Source: Armatimonadota bacterium
Lineage (GTDB): Bacteria; Armatimonadota; UBA5829; DSUL01
DNA: 64,000 nt
Assembly: GCA_039811685.1 (NCBI GenBank)
Contig: JBDHZC010000001.1
Location: forward strand, 384,001 to 448,000
Reading direction: 5' to 3'
The notes beneath the pieces are model-generated. The model did no database searches. It was not told the origin of the DNA and was given only the letters and a program-made list of their open reading frames with translations. This document shows, one piece after another, positions 59,847-64,000 of the stretch. Positions within the stretch are counted from its first letter, which is position 1, and each line of letters begins with the position of its first letter. The translations under genes were made by a program, and so were the position numbers.

Positions 59847-62073
59847 GCTGGCGAGGTTGGGCCGGAGACTGGCTGCCCAGATATCTATTGGGTTGCTTAT
59901 CGGTTGCGGACCGGGTGGAAGAATCTGCTTTGCCGCCACTGTGGCATCAGACCAATCGCAACCGTCTTCCTGCCTGGTAATCATAGCCAATCGGCTTAGT
60001 ATCCACGACAGCGACGAACCTCTGTTTGCTGCCTTTCTGCAGAAATCCGCCGCGGCATTGGTGGCGCCCGCCTGTCTAGGGGGACGCAGTGAGGCGGCAG
60101 TCTTCGCGACCGCATCCGCTGGAGCTTACTCGCGTGGCAGCGGCGACTATGGGCTACTCCTCAACTGGAATGAGACGTACGAGAACGATACAGCCGCAGA
60201 CGTCCATCTGCGACGGATCGGCCCTCCTGTAGCTACCGCAGGCATTGTCCATCTGGGTCTGCCCGCAGTCGTAGCGGCCAACCGTCGAGTCGCAAGTCCT
60301 CCAGACGTCTGGATGCTGGGTCAGGCGCTGCGGGATGCTCATGTTCTCAGAGCTGCGTTTGGCAACAGCGATGCGGGTGAATCTGTATCGCGAGTGGGCG
60401 CAGGGCTGCTTTCGGATGCTCACGGTATCATTCCCGTGGGAGACATCGGGCCCCGCACCCTCAAAGTGGACTCAAGATCAGCCAGGGGTGTAACGACTGA
60501 TTTGGATGGTTTTCGCGCAGATGTCCTGGGCGCACTGAGATCGGGAGCCGTCGTCGAAGTGGAGTACGGAGACCTTGACCGCATTGAGGCGGACCGCGGC
60601 GAATACACAAACGCGGCCTATCGCATTGCACGAAAACGCGCAGTAGCCAGGCTCTTCTCCTGGGTTCGAAGCATTCGCAGCGACGTTCCGAACGTACCCA
60701 TTCTCGTGCTTGCGCTTGTCCCGCCACTGTCAGACAGCGGAACGTGGAATAGCCTGGGACTTCTGATAGCATCCGGCGACGCTTACGGCCACTCTCTGCT
60801 TGCAAGTAACACAACCCGGACTCCAGGGATTGTCTCAACTGTTGACATCGCTCCCACTATTCTCGATGCTGTCAGCGTCACAAAGCCACGTCAGATGTTG
60901 GGATATGCCATAAGGGAGGCTTCGGCCTATTCGCAGCCCCTTGACAGGCTGAAGCGCTGGGATTTGATCGTGCGACTGAATGAGGAGTTGCAGTTTCCAG
61001 TCTTGCTGGGTCTCGGTCTGCTTGCAGGAGCCGGCGCACTTGTGGCCACGTGGTATCTGGTCGGCGCCCCAAATTCGCACGCGTGGGGACGAGCCGCAGT
61101 TCTGGCGCTTGCAGTCGTCGCGTGGATACCAGTCATCTTACTGATTCCCCTGGATCGGCCACAGTGGTTTGCGATAGTCGCCCCCGGTGTACTGGTCTCC
61201 CTGGGAGCAGCCGCTGCGTCGGGTGAGAGGGGCCGATTTCTTCCGATGCTCATCCCGGCAGGCTGCATGCTCGCTGGAGTCGCTGCCTCGGCTTTTGGTC
61301 TGGCCGATCTGGTGAAGACCTCTGCGTTGAGCTCTTATCAGCTTCACGGGTTACGTTTCTACGGCATCGGCAATGAGTATATGGGGTGCGTAATCGGCGC
61401 TGCCTCTGCCGTTCCGCTATGGATGGCCGGACGCCGGCAGATCACCCTGCCGCCTGAAGTTCTCGCTGTCTGGTTTGTCTTCTGGGCGCTGATCATTGCG
61501 CTGCCAGCATTTGGCGCGAACCTTGGCGGAGCTGTCGCAGCGACGGTCTCTTTCTCACTGGTATTCAGGGCGCTTACAGGAAAGCGAGTTACCTCTGCCT
61601 CCGCCGCCGTGGCACTAGGGACAGGAGTGGCAGCCGCAATCGCTCTGGCGATAATAGACGCCCTCGCGTCGGGTTCACATCCAACCCATATGGGGATGGC
61701 CGCCCATAGCGTTCTTCACGGGAATGGTCGAGATGTGCTGGCCGCGATCCAGCGCAAGGCGTTCATGAACATCGGGCTTTGGGGGCGCAGTGAAACTAGA
61801 ATCGCTGCTCTGATTTTTGCGGCCGTCTTCGCGACATGGCTACGATATCGAAGTGCGTTAAAGGCCGCATCAAAGTTGCCGCCGGTCGTGACGCAAGGGC
61901 TCATCGGACTCTTCTACGGGGCTCTGACAGCTTTGCTGTTCAACGATTCCGGCGCCGTCAGCATCGCTTTCATTGTCATCTATGTAGTGGGCTGGTACCT
62001 GTGGGATCTCGTCACTCTGAAAACGGGCGGAGCAGTGCAGCTTCGAATGCCACATGCGAGCCCTCGGAGTTGA
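59839..62073 (+). CDS. Conserved hypothetical membrane protein (alkaline-phosphatase-like exported domain plus multi-TM domain)
   Basis: TRTPGIVS.VDIAPTIL in the N-domain; RFYGIGNEYMG, FGANLGG, THMG, RK..MN and NDSG in the TM domain. Confidence 0.65.
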   Translation: MTELARLGRRLAAQISIGLLIGCGPGGRICFAATVASDQSQPSSCLVIIANRLSIHDSDEPLFAAFLQKSAAALVAPACLGGRSEAAVFATASAGAYSRGSGDYGLLLNWNETYENDTAADVHLRRIGPPVATAGIVHLGLPAVVAANRRVASPPDVWMLGQALRDAHVLRAAFGNSDAGESVSRVGAGLLSDAHGIIPVGDIGPRTLKVDSRSARGVTTDLDGFRADVLGALRSGAVVEVEYGDLDRIEADRGEYTNAAYRIARKRAVARLFSWVRSIRSDVPNVPILVLALVPPLSDSGTWNSLGLLIASGDAYGHSLLASNTTRTPGIVSTVDIAPTILDAVSVTKPRQMLGYAIREASAYSQPLDRLKRWDLIVRLNEELQFPVLLGLGLLAGAGALVATWYLVGAPNSHAWGRAAVLALAVVAWIPVILLIPLDRPQWFAIVAPGVLVSLGAAAASGERGRFLPMLIPAGCMLAGVAASAFGLADLVKTSALSSYQLHGLRFYGIGNEYMGCVIGAASAVPLWMAGRRQITLPPEVLAVWFVFWALIIALPAFGANLGGAVAATVSFSLVFRALTGKRVTSASAAVALGTGVAAAIALAIIDALASGSHPTHMGMAAHSVLHGNGRDVLAAIQRKAFMNIGLWGRSETRIAALIFAAVFATWLRYRSALKAASKLPPVVTQGLIGLFYGALTALLFNDSGAVSIAFIVIYVVGWYLWDLVTLKTGGAVQLRMPHASPRS

Positions 62074-62494
62074 CGTTGGGTCGGTCCGAATCGGACTGGC
62101 GGTGAGCGACGAAACCGGAACACTGTGCACGCCACTTGACGTCTGCAAACGCACACCCAGTCTCAAGCGAGATGCCGCTACGATAGCTCAAAGGGCTTGT
62201 GATGCCGAGGTCGTGCGCATAGTCGTGGGGCATCCGCTGCTGGATAGTGGCGATACCAGTCCTGCAGCGAAGGCCGCGGAGGAATTTGCACAAAGACTGG
62301 GAAGATATACTGACATCCCTGTAGTTCTATGGGACGAACGGCTGTCATCTTTCGAAGCAGAAGAGCGGCTCAGGAACGCTGGAGTCAGCGCCAGAAGAAT
62401 GCGGGATCTTATCGACAGCCAGGCAGCGGCCGTAATTCTTGAGTCCTATCTCAACCACTTGAAAGACCATCCCTCGAGAGACGATGTTTCGTAG
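62054..62494 (+). CDS. ruvX: Holliday junction resolvase-like protein RuvX / YqgF
   Basis: LGVDVGSVRIGLAVSD, VVGHP, WDERLSS, IDSQAAAVILESYL. Confidence 0.94.
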   Translation: MRALGVDVGSVRIGLAVSDETGTLCTPLDVCKRTPSLKRDAATIAQRACDAEVVRIVVGHPLLDSGDTSPAAKAAEEFAQRLGRYTDIPVVLWDERLSSFEAEERLRNAGVSARRMRDLIDSQAAAVILESYLNHLKDHPSRDDVS

Positions 62495-63521
62495 GCAATC
62501 ATCGCTGGAAAGACTGTGGAACTCCGCGCTTGGCACTTTCCGTTTGGCCCGCTGGTACCTGATCTTTGTAGTCGCACTTCTTGCGGTGACCGATCTATTA
62601 TTGCGGGTTGGCGCAGCGCCGCCTACCCAGCGTCACGATCAGGTTCTTATCACGATTCCACCCGCCGCAAGCCGCGAGAAGGTCGCGTCTATTCTGCGCG
62701 GCGCTGAGCTCATCCGAAGCCGGACCGTCTTTCTGATCATCACGCACGTCGGTTATGAGGGCCGCCCTTTTGTGCCTGGAACATATCGCATGCGGATGGA
62801 CATGGACCTGTTCCGGGTTATCAATGAACTCGTAGCAGGACGCGTGGCGGAGTTGAGCGTGACCATCCCAGAAGGCTTCACAGTGACGCAGATAGCCCAC
62901 AGACTCAAGAGAAAGAACGTTATCGCCGACGAAGAGCTATTTCTGAACCTGAGCGAGAGAAAATCGGCTGAGTTTGGGGTAGAGTCCCCAACAGGGAGCC
63001 TTGAAGGCTACCTCTTTCCAGATACGTATCGATTCACTCTCAAGATGGACCCGCGACTGGTGATCGAGCGAATGGTAGGCGATCTCAAGCGCAGAGCTGT
63101 CCAGCCTAACTCCTCGCGTCTGTCGGACTCTGGCGAGCTTCACAAAATTCTTACAGTCGCCAGTCTTATTGAGCGCGAAGCCAAAACGCCTGAAGACCGT
63201 CCCCTGATAGCCTCTGTTATCTACAATAGACTGGCAAGGAATATGCGGCTGCAGGTGGATGCGACCGTACTGTACGCTCTCAAGGAACACAAGAGCCGGG
63301 TTCTCTACAAGGACCTTGACGTTTCCTCAGCCTACAACACCTACAGACATTCAGGTCTGCCTCCAGGACCGATAGCTAATCCTGGGCTGGCATCAATAGA
63401 CGCAGCGCTCCACCCGGCGTCAACAGACTACCTGTACTACGTCGCGGGTAGTGATGGAAGTCATGTGTTTTCGAGAACCTTTGGTGAGCACATCTCAAAC
63501 AGAAGGAAGCAGTCCCTTTGA
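62484..63521 (+). CDS. mltG: Endolytic transglycosylase MltG
   Basis: VTIPEG, LEGYLFPDTY, ASLIERE, NRL...MRLQVDATV.Y, YNTY...GLPPGPIANPG. Confidence 0.95.
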   Translation: MFRRQSSLERLWNSALGTFRLARWYLIFVVALLAVTDLLLRVGAAPPTQRHDQVLITIPPAASREKVASILRGAELIRSRTVFLIITHVGYEGRPFVPGTYRMRMDMDLFRVINELVAGRVAELSVTIPEGFTVTQIAHRLKRKNVIADEELFLNLSERKSAEFGVESPTGSLEGYLFPDTYRFTLKMDPRLVIERMVGDLKRRAVQPNSSRLSDSGELHKILTVASLIEREAKTPEDRPLIASVIYNRLARNMRLQVDATVLYALKEHKSRVLYKDLDVSSAYNTYRHSGLPPGPIANPGLASIDAALHPASTDYLYYVAGSDGSHVFSRTFGEHISNRRKQSL

Positions 63522-64000
63522 GTTTACTCAAGCGGCTTGCCCGGTCTCTGGCGCCGGATGTCTGGATTGAATCGGTATGCGAATTGACTCCGCAATATCT
63601 CGGCAGCCTTGGGATTAAGGGATTGATTGTTGATCTGGACAACACCCTGTGCGAATGGCAGAGTGAAGACATTCCGCAGGAAGTCCGCTTGTGGTTGAAG
63701 CAGTTGCAGGAAGCTCGGGTAGGCGTGTGTATAGCATCCAATACTCACAACCGGCGCAGACTGGATCGAGTCGCAAAAGATCTGGGCGTGGCGTATGTCC
63801 AGGGCGTGCCGAAGCCGCGGCGTTTGTGCTTTTCCCGAGCATTTGAGCTGCTTGATCTTCCTCCGGAATCCGTGGCGGTGGCCGGAGACCAGATGTTCAC
63901 AGATGTCCTTGGCGGAAAGCGATCCGGAATTCACACCGTCATGGTGAAACCCATTCACCGGCGCGAGTTCATCGGCACTCGTATCAGCCGTATGGTCGAG
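63518..64000 (+). CDS. YqeG family HAD IIIA phosphatase (3' partial)
   Basis: TTG overlapping the mltG stop: MSLLKRL...GIKGLIVDLDNTL...SN...KP...GDQMFTDVLGG; runs off the window end. Confidence 0.9.
   Translation, partial: MSLLKRLARSLAPDVWIESVCELTPQYLGSLGIKGLIVDLDNTLCEWQSEDIPQEVRLWLKQLQEARVGVCIASNTHNRRRLDRVAKDLGVAYVQGVPKPRRLCFSRAFELLDLPPESVAVAGDQMFTDVLGGKRSGIHTVMVKPIHRREFIGTRISRMVE

Overview
Bacterial chromosomal segment of moderately high GC, probably from Armatimonadota or a related Terrabacteria lineage (inferred from gene content and a C-terminal module that I recall on secreted proteins of that group; not tested). From left to right it contains: the 3' end and right terminal repeat of an ISKra4-like IS, followed by a strongly base-paired ~180-nt non-coding element; a DUF4242-like gene; the sucA-sucB-lpdA operon; three tRNAs (Pro-TGG, Gly-TCC, Arg-TCT); a carbohydrate-use region (SDR, mutarotase-like protein, PhyH dioxygenase, secreted GH39-like protein, DUF5069 plus oxidoreductase, GH65, two sugar ABC systems, 5'-nucleotidase, leuB, GH101-like protein); mqnC and mqnE; uvrC-ogt; holin-like gene-rapZ-yvcK-maf-FGGY kinase; htpX, a divergent YchF-like gene and rpsF-ssb-rpsR; a secreted GH51-like protein and rpmB; and a long plus-strand run CBS/DUF1385-argS-...-alaS-...-ruvX-mltG-yqeG (cut by the window end). 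The main leads are (1) a ~180-210 aa C-terminal module shared by two unrelated secreted glycoside hydrolases, a candidate lineage-specific sorting or surface-anchoring system; (2) the unclassified rod-like RNA at 444-624 that buries a strong ribosome-binding site; and (3) an ArgRS whose HIGH motif reads TVAS. No CRISPR array, rRNA, prophage or integrase was seen. All family calls come from motif recognition by eye, not from database searches.
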